Of a stretch of DNA of 64,000 nt, positions 26,242 to 35,401 are shown in pieces (position 1 is the first letter of the stretch; each line of letters opens with the position of its first letter). A model generated the notes under the pieces. The model was not told the DNA's origin and ran no database searches. It was given only the letters and a program-made list of their open reading frames with translations. This DNA is from Candidatus Doudnabacteria bacterium RIFCSPHIGHO2_01_FULL_46_14 (GTDB lineage Bacteria; Patescibacteriota; Doudnabacteria; UBA920; 2-01-FULL-46-14). Location of the stretch: assembly GCA_001779925.1 (NCBI GenBank), contig MFEK01000014.1, positions 152,168-216,167 on the forward strand, written 5' to 3'. A program made the position numbers and the translations under genes.

Positions 26242-26661
26242 ATGCCTACAATAAACCAGTTAATTCGAAAAAAGCGCCGGCCGCTGATTGCCAAATCAAA
26301 ATCTCCGGCTATGATGCGCGCCCTGAACCTGATCCACAACCGACCAGTGCTGTTGAAATTTGGCAGTCCGTTCAAACGCGGCGTCTGTCTCAAGGTCACT
26401 ACCACTACCCCGAAAAAGCCAAACTCTGCTCTCCGGAAGATTGCTCGTGTCCGATTGACCAATGGCATGGAGGTTACAGCTTACATTCCCGGAGTCGGAC
26501 ATAATCTCCAGGAACACTCAGTAGTAATGATCCGCGGCGGCCGCGTGAAAGATTTGCCGGGCGTTCGTTATCACATTGTCAGAGGAAAACTTGATGCCGC
26601 CGGAGTCGACGGGCGCAGACGCGGACGAAGCAAATACGGAACCAAGAGACCCAAACAATAA
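26242..26661 (+). CDS. rpsL: 30S ribosomal protein S12
   Basis: Near-universal S12 sequence: [11 protein letters not shown]...[10 protein letters not shown]. Confidence 0.97.
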   Translation: MPTINQLIRKKRRPLIAKSKSPAMMRALNLIHNRPVLLKFGSPFKRGVCLKVTTTTPKKPNSALRKIARVRLTNGMEVTAYIPGVGHNLQEHSVVMIRGGRVKDLPGVRYHIVRGKLDAAGVDGRRRGRSKYGTKRPKQ

Positions 26662-26733
26662 GGCAGTAGGTGGTAGCTGGTAGTCAGTAGGAAATTCCTA
26701 CAAGCTACAAGCTAATCCCTACAAGCTAAACAT

Positions 26734-27219
26734 ATGCCACGCAAAGCACGATCATATAAAAAACATAAGATAGACCCAGATCCGAAATACAATAATGTTA
26801 AGGTTGCCAAATTCATCAACAACATTATGGAACGCGGCAAAAAATCTGTCGCGCAAAAAATCGTTTATGAGTCTTTCAATTACATTAAGGAAAAAATGAG
26901 CACAGAGCCGCGCCAGGTTTTTGACACAGCCCTCAAAAACGTCAGTCCGATTTTAGAAGTAAAAAGCAGGCGCATCGGCGGCGCCAATTACCAGGTGCCG
27001 CTTGAGGTTACAGAGCCGAGAAAAACCACTCTCGGCATGCGTTGGTTGATAAAAGCTGCGCGTTCCCAAAAAGGCAAGCCAATGCATATCAAGCTTGGCG
27101 AAGAAATAATGTCTGCTTACAAGAACGAAGGTGCAGCTATCAAAAAGAAAGAAGATACTCACAAAATGGCAGAAGCGAATAGAGCGTTCGCGCATTTCGC
27201 AAGATTTCAAAGAAAATAA
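26734..27219 (+). CDS. rpsG: 30S ribosomal protein S7
   Basis: S7 motifs, including the N-terminus [10 protein letters not shown]. Confidence 0.95.
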   Translation: MPRKARSYKKHKIDPDPKYNNVKVAKFINNIMERGKKSVAQKIVYESFNYIKEKMSTEPRQVFDTALKNVSPILEVKSRRIGGANYQVPLEVTEPRKTTLGMRWLIKAARSQKGKPMHIKLGEEIMSAYKNEGAAIKKKEDTHKMAEANRAFAHFARFQRK

Positions 27220-27227
27220 TTAAACCT

Positions 27228-27285
27228 CTCTCCCGTCCCTCGGTAAGCTCGGGACGGCACTCTCTCCTCGTCAGGAGAGAGTAAT
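27228..27285. repeat. Double-hairpin GC-rich element between rpsG and fusA
   Basis: CCGTCCCTCGG-TAAGC-TCGGGACGG and CTCTCTCCTCG-TC-AGGAGAGAG. Confidence 0.5.
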
Positions 27286-27299
27286 AATGAATAATACTA

Positions 27300-29435
27300 A
27301 TGCCTCGCGAAATACCAATAGAACAAACACGTAATATAGGAATCATTGCTCATATTGATGCCGGAAAAACTACTGTAACTGAGGGCATTTTGTATAACAC
27401 GGGTCTTATACACACAATTGGTTCAGTGCACGAGGGCGAAACCACCACAGACTGGATGGAACAGGAGCGCGAGCGCGGCATCACTATAACCGCCGCGGCG
27501 GTGACCTGTTTTTGGACGCCGAAATGGAGCTCTTCGACGGGCTCAGAGCAGGCAAAGAAGCACAAGATCAACATCATTGATACCCCAGGCCACGTCGATT
27601 TTACGGTAGAGGTTGAACGTAGCCTTCGCGTGCTCGACGGCGCGGTCGTGGTTTTTGACGGCAAAATGGGCGTAGAGCCCCAGTCCGAGACTGTCTGGCG
27701 CCAGGCAGATAAATATCATGTGCCGCGCATGTGTTTCATCAACAAGATCAACCAGACCGGCGGCGATTTTTATAAATCACTCGATTCCATACACAAACGC
27801 TTGTCTGAGGACGCACACCCGATCCAGATCCCCATTGGTTTTGAAAAAGAAATAGTCGGCTTCGTGGACCTCGTGCAGATGAAAGGCTATACGTACAAAG
27901 ACTACACTGACAAAGAGTTCACCATTGTTGATATTCCCGCTGACATGAAAGAGAAAGCCGAAAAGTACCGCCACAACCTTTTGGAAAAAGTTTTGGAGAG
28001 CGATGACGTGCTCATGGAAAAATATTTGGCCGGCGGCGAGATCACAGAAAAAGAATTTCTCGGCGCGATCCGCAAAGCTACGCAGTCCGGTAAATTTTTT
28101 CCAGTACTCGGCGGAGACGGTCGCGGCATTATCGTTCAGACCATTCTCGATGGCGTAACCAATTTTTTACCAAACCCCATTGATAAGGGAGCGGTGAAGG
28201 GAATCGATCTGAACACTCAGGTCGAAATTGAACGCCAGCCGAACGACAGCGAGCCTTTCGCCGCGTTGGCTTTTAAAATCGCGACTGATCCGTTCGTGGG
28301 CAAGCTGGCGTTTTTCCGAGTTTATTCTGGCACGCTCGCCGCAGGAAGCTACGTGCTCAATGGTCGCTCGCAAAATAAAGAACGTGTGGGCCGCATCGTG
28401 CGTATGCACGCGGACAGCCGCGAGGAGATTAAAGAAGTTTTTGCCGGAGATATTGCCGCGCTTGTCGGTCCGAAAGATACTTTCACGGGCGACACGCTTT
28501 GTGACATTGATAAACCAGTAGCGCTGGAAAATATTACTTTCCCTGAGCCGGTCATTTCCCAAGCCATTGAACCAAAAACTAAAGCTGACCAGGAGAAAAT
28601 GGGTATTGCCCTGCAAAAACTCGGCGAAGAAGACCCGACTTTTCATATCAAATCTGACGAGGAAACCGGGCAGACGATTATTTCCGGAATGGGCGAGCTG
28701 CATCTCGAAATCATTGTGGACCGGATGAAGCGCGAGTTCAAGGTGGAGGCTAATGTGGGCGCTCCCCAAGTGGCTTACAAGGAAACCTTCCGCAAAACTG
28801 TGGAGGTCGAAGGCAAATACATTCGCCAAACCGGCGGGCGCGGACAATACGGACATGTTTGGTTGCGCCTTGAGCCGCAAGAGCCAGGTCTTGGCCGCGA
28901 GTTTGTGGACGAGATTGTTGGAGGCACTATTCCCAAAGAATATATTCCCGCGGTCGGCAAAGGCATTATGGAAGCCGCGGACAACGGCGTAATCGCCGGG
29001 TTTCCGGTGGTAGATTTCAAGGTCGCGTTATATGACGGCTCTTTCCATGAGGTTGATTCTTCAGAAATCGCTTTCAAAATCGCAGGCAGCAAAGCTTTCC
29101 AGGAAGGCATGAAGCGCGCGGGTCCTGTGATCCTGGAGCCGGTTATGAAGGTAGAGGTTATCACGCCCGAAGAATATATGGGCGACGTGATGGGAGACAT
29201 CTCTGCCAAGCGCGGTGAAATAAAAGAAATGGCAGATCGTGGCAAAAACAAAATCATCACCGCCACAGTGCCTCTGGGCAGTATGTTTGGCTATGCTACC
29301 ACGATAAGAAGCATGTCCCAGGGACAGGCTTCTTATGTCATGGAATTTTCTCATTACGCCGAAGTGCCAAAGAATGTGGCCGAGAAGATCATAGGCGAAG
29401 GTGCAAAGATCCGCGTCGGCCAGGTTGGAAATTAA
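27300..29435 (+). CDS. fusA: Elongation factor G
   Basis: The G-domain signature AHIDAGKTT plus full-length EF-G domains. Confidence 0.97.
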   Translation: MPREIPIEQTRNIGIIAHIDAGKTTVTEGILYNTGLIHTIGSVHEGETTTDWMEQERERGITITAAAVTCFWTPKWSSSTGSEQAKKHKINIIDTPGHVDFTVEVERSLRVLDGAVVVFDGKMGVEPQSETVWRQADKYHVPRMCFINKINQTGGDFYKSLDSIHKRLSEDAHPIQIPIGFEKEIVGFVDLVQMKGYTYKDYTDKEFTIVDIPADMKEKAEKYRHNLLEKVLESDDVLMEKYLAGGEITEKEFLGAIRKATQSGKFFPVLGGDGRGIIVQTILDGVTNFLPNPIDKGAVKGIDLNTQVEIERQPNDSEPFAALAFKIATDPFVGKLAFFRVYSGTLAAGSYVLNGRSQNKERVGRIVRMHADSREEIKEVFAGDIAALVGPKDTFTGDTLCDIDKPVALENITFPEPVISQAIEPKTKADQEKMGIALQKLGEEDPTFHIKSDEETGQTIISGMGELHLEIIVDRMKREFKVEANVGAPQVAYKETFRKTVEVEGKYIRQTGGRGQYGHVWLRLEPQEPGLGREFVDEIVGGTIPKEYIPAVGKGIMEAADNGVIAGFPVVDFKVALYDGSFHEVDSSEIAFKIAGSKAFQEGMKRAGPVILEPVMKVEVITPEEYMGDVMGDISAKRGEIKEMADRGKNKIITATVPLGSMFGYATTIRSMSQGQASYVMEFSHYAEVPKNVAEKIIGEGAKIRVGQVGN

Positions 29436-29446
29436 AATCCAGAGTT

Positions 29447-29773
29447 ATGGAACTGAAAAATCTCGTAAATATTTTACGATTCGGCGGACGGTTTATCATC
29501 ATTGATACTGATGGTAATCCCAAGGCAGTACTCATGAGTTATCAAGAGTTTGAAGAGCTTATGGTTGATAAGGTCGCCGGAAAACTGATTGACGAACTCA
29601 AAGAGGTAGAGCGAGTCAACGAAGAGATAACCCGCGCCCAGCTCACTGATCTGCGCGAAGAGGTACTCAAAGAAGATTTCGTGATCACCACCCAGCAAAC
29701 CATGGCCTTTTCTCAATATCCTGAAATCCGCGTTGAACCCCTGCCTGACAACATCGAAGAAGAATTTGATTAA
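29447..29773 (+). CDS. Phd/YefM-antitoxin-like small protein with an acidic C-terminal tail; no cognate toxin
   Basis: The N-terminal region GRFIIIDTDGNPKAVLMSYQEFEEL resembles the YefM/Phd fold signature. It starts 11 nt after the fusA stop. Confidence 0.45.
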   Translation: MELKNLVNILRFGGRFIIIDTDGNPKAVLMSYQEFEELMVDKVAGKLIDELKEVERVNEEITRAQLTDLREEVLKEDFVITTQQTMAFSQYPEIRVEPLPDNIEEEFD

Positions 29774-29776
29774 AGC

Positions 29777-29803
29777 AAAACCCGCCGATGAGGCGGGTTT
29801 TAT
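29777..29803 (+). terminator. Rho-independent terminator
   Basis: AAAACCCGCC-GATG-AGGCGGGTTTT. Confidence 0.8.
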
Positions 29804-29857
29804 CATGCCCTATTTGGTGTTATACTCTGATTTATGTTTCAGACCAAAGGAGGTCAA

Positions 29858-30337
29858 ATGCTCGAAGACATGCTTGCTAATATGGACGACGGATTTTTGA
29901 TCCGGCAAAGCACTGCCATCGGTTCGGATAGTATCGGATACATTGATGAAGCTCGCAGCTTTCTCACTGTGCGCGCGAGGCCTGTATTTATTTTCCTCAC
30001 ATTCATCAATTCTGTCCTTAACGAGGCTGGAGTTATGGGTTGTTTGGTGATGGTGACAATGCTGAGGCGACAGCAACAATCTACCACGGACAGCAATTGG
30101 CTTGAGGATATACTTCCGCGATTGGATCACGATACCTGCATTCGCTATGCTGGGGAAATCGGTCAAGATCTGAAGATGTTTTCCGAATCTGTAAGACAAT
30201 TGATAGACAACAGGGCGGGTGCATTCAAAGCAGTGCTATCATGCATGACTCAGGTTTTTGGCGATGAATTCCTTGTCGGTGCTTTGGTCATGCTCGAAAT
30301 GATCCGCCGTGCCGAAGCAATGAAGGTGAATACTTGA
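29858..30337 (+). CDS. Hypothetical protein (island gene B)
   Basis: AAAGGAGG RBS 6 nt upstream of the ATG; no recognised domain. Confidence 0.5.
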   Translation: MLEDMLANMDDGFLIRQSTAIGSDSIGYIDEARSFLTVRARPVFIFLTFINSVLNEAGVMGCLVMVTMLRRQQQSTTDSNWLEDILPRLDHDTCIRYAGEIGQDLKMFSESVRQLIDNRAGAFKAVLSCMTQVFGDEFLVGALVMLEMIRRAEAMKVNT

Positions 30338-30437
30338 AAACAATGGATTCATTGAACGCGGTGCCACAATGCCCGCGTTTTTTTCACCCTTGTACCGCAC
30401 TTTAACCGATCGCGTAAACTGCAGTATATCCTAGCTA

Positions 30438-30475
30438 CCCTGCCAGTAATCCTCGGCCGAGGATTACTGGCAGGG
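30438..30475. repeat. 38-bp perfect palindrome with no spacer: CCCTGCCAGTAATCCTCGG|CCGAGGATTACTGGCAGGG
   Basis: Read directly from the sequence: two exact 19-bp reverse-complement arms with no spacer. Confidence 0.9.
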
Positions 30476-30494
30476 TGTTCCTGCAAAATCTTGG

Positions 30495-30559
30495 GCAAAA
30501 TAAAAAAAGCTGTCTCGCGTCGTGCGAAACAGCTTTTTAAAAACGAATCAAACTCCTCC
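30495..30559. terminator. Bidirectional terminator module (copy 1 of a roughly 65-bp direct repeat)
   Basis: A-run, GCTGTCTCGCG...GCGAAACAGC hairpin and T-run. It is nearly identical to 31419-31481. Confidence 0.7.
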
Positions 30560-30568
30560 GTAAAAACG

Positions 30569-31330
30569 TCAACGCACAATACTTAAATCGTGCAGATACT
30601 GCTTGCGGAACTCGAATATTTCGCTTAGCCGCCTTCCATCAAACTCGCGGCCGAATCGGAACACTATGGTATCGTCGGGAATTTCGTAGGAATAGACTCC
30701 GTTGACACCTCCGCCCACTACTTTCCAGCCCTCCATCCGAGATTCATCTATCTGGTTTGAGTATACGAGGACTGAAAATTCGGTTCCTTTGAAGAAGCGG
30801 GTTCGCCCAAGTTCAGCTTCATCAGCTTTTTCTTCGCTCCAGAGCATAATGGAATTGGGGACCTGCGGGTCCTGACTTTTTTTAGGGTAGAACACGAGAG
30901 TTCCGTCCCTCCTCCATAGCAAAGGTTGATTTCGGTTAAGGCCAACGTTCAGAAGATTTGGCCATAGCGCGTGCAGTGTTACCACGATCTTGTCGTGATG
31001 TTCGGCGAACCATCCCGAGAGAATCATAGGAAACGAGAACATCATGTTTTCATTCTTTCCGACAGACTCGCGGAGCCTCTTGCTCGTCAAGGCGGCCATG
31101 ACTCCATTGTTTTCTTCTTCTGTTTTGCGCTGGCAGACGCACAAACAGCATATGATCATAGACGCAAGTGTGTCATGACCGTACGTTACCAATAGACTCA
31201 ACGCCCACGCCAGAGTTGTGAATCCTTGCGTTTGAACCGTTTCTCGTATTTTCCTGCTATATAGCATGGCTTCTCTCCTCCTTCGGAGATTCTTTATGTA
31301 ATTCTGTTCTGTAATCCGTCCAATGGACAT
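30569..31330 (-). CDS. Hypothetical protein (island gene C)
   Basis: The start was set at the ATG at 31330 (GAGGA RBS, plus an upstream TTGCTT-17-TATTAT promoter-like sequence). A strong-RBS ATG at 31267 is an alternative. The ORF-track start at 31483 reads through the terminator repeat. Confidence 0.5.
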   Translation of the reverse strand: MSIGRITEQNYIKNLRRRREAMLYSRKIRETVQTQGFTTLAWALSLLVTYGHDTLASMIICCLCVCQRKTEEENNGVMAALTSKRLRESVGKNENMMFSFPMILSGWFAEHHDKIVVTLHALWPNLLNVGLNRNQPLLWRRDGTLVFYPKKSQDPQVPNSIMLWSEEKADEAELGRTRFFKGTEFSVLVYSNQIDESRMEGWKVVGGGVNGVYSYEIPDDTIVFRFGREFDGRRLSEIFEFRKQYLHDLSIVR

Positions 31331-31418
31331 TGGATCGGTGTCCTCACTATCTTCAGAATTAACAAAATATAATACATCGTTTTTCCCAAAAAAGCAAGGG
31401 CACAGTTTTCTCGACTTT

Positions 31419-31481
31419 GGCAAAATAAAAAAGCTGTCTCGCGTCGTGCGAAACAGCTTTTTAAAACGATCAAACTCCTCC
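31419..31481. terminator. Bidirectional terminator module (copy 2)
   Basis: Same A-run/hairpin/T-run sequence as 30495-30559; it ends the minus-strand operon. Confidence 0.7.
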
Positions 31482-31492
31482 ATAGAGTTTTG

Positions 31493-31690
31493 TTAGTAAG
31501 CTCCGACCGGGTTTCGAAGCCAATCAGCGCACTCCTTTCGATCGCGGCCGATATAGATCTCAGCACCGTTGAGAGAATGATCAACGATCACGAACGTTCC
31601 GTCGGTCGCGTTTTCAATCGTGCATTCGAGTGCGTTCCAGTGAGCCTGAAACTCAGGTGGGTACACAAATCCGAATTGTTTGTTTTCCAT
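31493..31690 (-). CDS. Hypothetical small protein (island gene G)
   Basis: A 65-aa ORF 22 nt downstream of gene F with a GAGGT RBS. Confidence 0.4.
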   Translation of the reverse strand: MENKQFGFVYPPEFQAHWNALECTIENATDGTFVIVDHSLNGAEIYIGRDRKECADWLRNPVGAY

Positions 31691-31712
31691 TTCTGGACCT
31701 CGTTTTTTGGGA

Positions 31713-32021
31713 TTACCAAGGTTTGATTTTCCAGTCGTCGGCTTGACCGGCTGTGGTGGCGAGAAAAGCAGATTTGAAGCTTTCGTAGTCAGCCCGCGTT
31801 AGTTCATCGTGTTGCCCGTACCCATCGATCGTCAGCCTTTCCGGCACGGTCTCACCTTCTCTCACGAGAAAATGATGTTTGCTGTACAGGTAGTCCCGAA
31901 GAGCCGGAAACTCGCCGATAGCGCCATTCCTTAGACTACTGAGCGCAAATAAGGCATCGTTGAATTGCTTGCGGTCTCGGGCCTTTGCGTCCTGGTTATT
32001 CCAAAATCTTCTGGCGTTCAT
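31713..32021 (-). CDS. Hypothetical protein (island gene F)
   Basis: GAGGAGG RBS; a 102-aa ORF with no recognised domain. Confidence 0.5.
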   Translation of the reverse strand: MNARRFWNNQDAKARDRKQFNDALFALSSLRNGAIGEFPALRDYLYSKHHFLVREGETVPERLTIDGYGQHDELTRADYESFKSAFLATTAGQADDWKIKPW

Positions 32022-32052
32022 GTGTCCTCCTCTAGAAAATTAGGGATCGTCT

Positions 32053-32137
32053 TTCTCCCTTCAAAATCCACTTTAGAAAAATGAACTTGGAAGGTCATAG
32101 AGCGAACCGCACGAATTGCGCGATTCGCTCTGTTGGG
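32053..32137. promoter_or_regulatory. Repeated operator-like module, copy 1
   Basis: An IR CCCTTCAAA-N-TTGGAAGG plus the nested palindrome AGAGCGAACCGC-N-GCGATTCGCTCT at 32098-32130. Confidence 0.5.
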
Positions 32138-32139
32138 TA

Positions 32140-32457
32140 TCACTGCGTTGGCTGGCTCGAGAGAATTCTGATGCTCAAAAACAAGAACACGACCCAGACT
32201 CCGTAAAACTTTATCCGGAACCAGAAGGCGGCGTTTCGCAGATTCTGGATTTCCATCCAAGCGCGGCCTGGGTTGGCGACTATCCAAGCCTGGGCTGGAT
32301 CAGCGGCTGGATGGCAAAGTGCCGTGAGCGACCGGCGAAGTCGCCGCTGGAAATGCATTTCAAAGACGATCGTGGCTGTCATGGTCGTGACTGCGAGAGC
32401 CATGACGTACCACAAGATTCCCGAAAGCCGGATTACATCTTCCATTTTCTCCTCCAA
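32140..32457 (-). CDS. Hypothetical small membrane protein (island gene E)
   Basis: GGAGG RBS; central TM helices. Confidence 0.45.
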   Translation of the reverse strand: MEEKMEDVIRLSGILWYVMALAVTTMTATIVFEMHFQRRLRRSLTALCHPAADPAQAWIVANPGRAWMEIQNLRNAAFWFRIKFYGVWVVFLFLSIRILSSQPTQ

Positions 32458-32479
32458 ACAATTGAATTTAGGTTTGCTG

Positions 32480-32571
32480 TCCCTTCCAAACCCACCTTAC
32501 TTAAATTTAAAAGTTGAACTTGGAAGGGTCACAGAGCGAATCGCAAATTGCGCGATTCGCTCTGTTGTGTT
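32480..32571. promoter_or_regulatory. Repeated operator-like module, copy 2
   Basis: An IR CCCTTCCAAA-N30-TTGGAAGGG plus the palindrome AGAGCGAATCGC-AAATTGC-GCGATTCGCTCT at 32533-32563, which overlaps the gene D stop. Confidence 0.5.
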
Positions 32572-33049
32572 ACTTGGTCGTTCGAGACATGAGCGCGAAA
32601 ATTTTTCCTGAACCGTCGCTGTAAAGGCCGCTTTTCTTGTTGCTATAGTGCGCGGTCAGAATAACTTTTCGTTTTGCCGGGATCAGGGTTGGGATGCCGC
32701 TCGCGTATACCCAGCCGGTATTAGCTCCCAAAGGGTAATTTGTCCCATTAGCCATGATTTCGAAATTGAGCGTACGCTCATGGGCGCAGACCTGCAGCAA
32801 GACTGCAGCGTCAGCGTATTGAAAACCCACAGGGCGCATCCAATCTCTCTCCACCTCCCACATGGGCCGATGGAAACGGCAGATCAAAACTTCCCGATTC
32901 ACGACTCCATGTCCCCAGTTGCGGAAATGTCCGAAGTGCTGGTCATCGAAATAATCAAAGGTGTCGACGATCTCAGCTTTTAAGAGCATTTCAGGAATTG
33001 TAAGGTCATAGTCAACGTGGCCAAAAAGTCTTGCCAATTTTTCAATCAT
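32570..33049 (-). CDS. Hypothetical protein (island gene D)
   Basis: The start was set at the Met preceded by AAAGGAG; His/Trp-rich; no confident family. Confidence 0.45.
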   Translation of the reverse strand: MIEKLARLFGHVDYDLTIPEMLLKAEIVDTFDYFDDQHFGHFRNWGHGVVNREVLICRFHRPMWEVERDWMRPVGFQYADAAVLLQVCAHERTLNFEIMANGTNYPLGANTGWVYASGIPTLIPAKRKVILTAHYSNKKSGLYSDGSGKIFALMSRTTK

Positions 33050-33218
33050 TTGGAATCTCCTTTCAAATTCAGACTTCACAGGTGCACTATGCACCTCCGT
33101 CCAAACCCTATTCAGAAACTCCGCAAAAAAAGTTTCGAAGGTGCTGTTTTAGAATATCCTCATTTTCATCTATACTAGGTCATGATTTCCTCCTTTAGAA
33201 AATCTCGGGTTTTGCATT

Positions 33219-33262
33219 CTCCTTTCCAAATTCACTAAACTCTTGTAGCAAACTTGGAAGGA
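33219..33262. promoter_or_regulatory. Repeated operator-like module, copy 3 (IR part only)
   Basis: CCTTTCCAAA-N-ACTTGGAAGG upstream of gene D. Confidence 0.4.
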
Positions 33263-33514
33263 AAAACGACTTCCAATCCTAGCATATTTTTGCGGTTTTG
33301 TCGAGCGGGGCTCCATCCTTCATAATCTCCCCCTTATCATGGGGGAGAGAACAGCGGAACATCAAAAAACCCGCCTAATTGGCGGATTGGGATTTTTGGG
33401 CACAGAGTATTATTTTACTCCTTTTTGGCGGTATTGTCAATACTCGAGTTGCTGCTTTTGGCTTAGATAAGCGAAAAGGGAACTTTATTTTGGCTAGGGT
33501 TAGCCAAAAGATGC

Positions 33515-33543
33515 CTGGATTCCGGATCAAGTCCGGAATGACA
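33515..33543. repeat. 29-bp hairpin repeat (copy 2)
   Basis: Identical to 19133-19161. Confidence 0.8.
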
Positions 33544-33670
33544 GGAATTAGGGGGAGAAAATAGCGGAAATCCTTGACTCTGCTGTTCGGAACTGCTATA
33601 TTTTGACAGTTAGCCTGAATTTAATTATAATCTTTAAACAATATTAATCTTTTAGGAGTTACATAAACGC

Positions 33671-34861
33671 ATGGCTGAAGGGAAATTTTCACGAAATAAG
33701 CCCCACATCAACGTTGGAACCATTGGACACGTTGACCACGGCAAGACCACGCTGACCGCAGCGATTACGCATTATTTGGTGTCCAAGGGCATTGCCGGAA
33801 ACAAAGAGCGCTCTTATGACTCCATTGATAACGCGCCGGAAGAAAAGGCTCGCGGCATCACTATCAACACCTCGCACGTCGAATACGAGAGCGAAAAGCG
33901 CCACTACGCGCACGTTGACGCTCCGGGACATGCTGATTACATCAAAAACATGATCACTGGCGCGGCCCAAATGGACGGCGCGGTTTTGGTCGTGTCTGCC
34001 GCTGACGGCCCAATGCCGCAGACTCGCGAACACATTCTGCTTGCGAGACAGGTAGGCGTGCCGCACATCATTGTGTTCCTCAACAAAGTAGACATGGTTG
34101 ATGATAAAGAACTTATTGACCTCGTAGAAGAAGAGGTCCGCGATTTGCTTAACAAATATCAGTACCCGGGTAAAGACACTCCGATCATCCGCGGCTCTGC
34201 TCTCAAAGCTGTTGAAAACGATGCTGCCGGCCTCGAATCTATCGGCAAGCTTGTCGAAACCATGGACACTTATTTCCCAGAGCCGACACGTGACACTGAC
34301 AAGCCGTTCCTCATGCCGATCGAAGACATTTTTTCCATTGAAGGACGCGGCACTGTGGTTACCGGAAGAATCGAGCGTGGCATGATCAAGCTTAACGATG
34401 AGGTGGAAATCATCGGTCTCAAAGACACACAGAAGACTGTGGTGACCGGCATTGAAATGTTCAACAAATCCCTGGACGAAGGCAGAGCTGGCGACAACGC
34501 CGGCATCCTTATCCGCGGCACCAAAAAAGAAGACGTGGAACGAGGCCAGGTTTTGGCCAAGCCCGGTTCAATCACTCCGCATACCGAGTTCGAAGCTGAG
34601 GTATACATTCTGACCAAAGAAGAAGGCGGCAGACATACAGCATTCTTTTCCGGTTACAAACCGCAGTTTTATATCCGCACCACTGATGTTACCGGTGATG
34701 TTACCTTGGCTGCCGGCAAAGAAATGGTTATGCCTGGCGATACAGTTAACCTTACAATCAAGCTCATCAGCCCGGTTGCTTTGGAAGAGAAATCCAAATT
34801 CGCCATCCGCGAAGGCGGGCACACTGTCGGCGCGGGCGTTGTAACCAAGATTCTGAAATAA
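33671..34861 (+). CDS. tuf: Elongation factor Tu
   Basis: [17 protein letters not shown] and NKVD motifs; full-length EF-Tu. Confidence 0.98.
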   Translation: MAEGKFSRNKPHINVGTIGHVDHGKTTLTAAITHYLVSKGIAGNKERSYDSIDNAPEEKARGITINTSHVEYESEKRHYAHVDAPGHADYIKNMITGAAQMDGAVLVVSAADGPMPQTREHILLARQVGVPHIIVFLNKVDMVDDKELIDLVEEEVRDLLNKYQYPGKDTPIIRGSALKAVENDAAGLESIGKLVETMDTYFPEPTRDTDKPFLMPIEDIFSIEGRGTVVTGRIERGMIKLNDEVEIIGLKDTQKTVVTGIEMFNKSLDEGRAGDNAGILIRGTKKEDVERGQVLAKPGSITPHTEFEAEVYILTKEEGGRHTAFFSGYKPQFYIRTTDVTGDVTLAAGKEMVMPGDTVNLTIKLISPVALEEKSKFAIREGGHTVGAGVVTKILK

Positions 34862-34865
34862 CACA

Positions 34866-35204
34866 GTGAGCGCCAAGGCAAAAATAGCAACAGAAGAGGC
34901 AGTTCAGCGGATTCGGATTAAGATCCGGGCATATGACCACAAACTCATAGATCAAAGCGCAAAGCAGATTGTGGATACCGCGCGCAAAAGCGGTGCCTCG
35001 ATCGCAGGACCAGTGCCGTTGCCGACCGAAAAAACCAAATACACGGTTCTGAAATCCACGTTTGTGCACAAAGATTCCCGAGATCAGTATGAGATGCGCA
35101 TTCATAAACGTCTTATAGATATTCTTTCTCCAACGCAAAAAACTATTGATTCGCTAACAAACCTGAATCTCCCGGCGGGCGTGGATGTAGAGATAAAAAT
35201 GTAG
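34866..35204 (+). CDS. rpsJ: 30S ribosomal protein S10
   Basis: The [16 protein letters not shown] motif; GTG start. Confidence 0.95.
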   Translation: MSAKAKIATEEAVQRIRIKIRAYDHKLIDQSAKQIVDTARKSGASIAGPVPLPTEKTKYTVLKSTFVHKDSRDQYEMRIHKRLIDILSPTQKTIDSLTNLNLPAGVDVEIKM

Positions 35205-35401
35205 TAAGCTTGACGAATTACGAATAGGTGCGAATATATAATCCGTACCAAAGTAAGTAGGTTCTAAGAAGATTTAGTTTAGAAAACTCTTCTTCTCAGA
35301 TAACGATTTACTGGTGATAAAATCTGACATTCAAGATTTATTGCTGGTCGATCATGACCAGCTTTTTCGTAAATTCATAAACATTCGTTATTCCTAAAAC
35401 T

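Noticed and set aside
31331-31483. N-terminal extension MEEFDRFKKLFRTTRDSFF... of the 304-aa minus-strand ORF, and the 76-aa and 96-aa ORFs at 30349..30579 and 31294..31584
   Set aside because: They are translations of the duplicated terminator module (KSCFARRETAFF is the hairpin read in-frame). Copy 1 is clearly intergenic.
32053-32571. Integron attC (59-be) interpretation of the repeated modules between island genes
   Set aside because: A GTTGAAC resembling the R' core GTTRRRY occurs in one copy only. There is no matching inverse core RYYYAAC and no intI gene. The elements are better described as operator or terminator-like inverted repeats.
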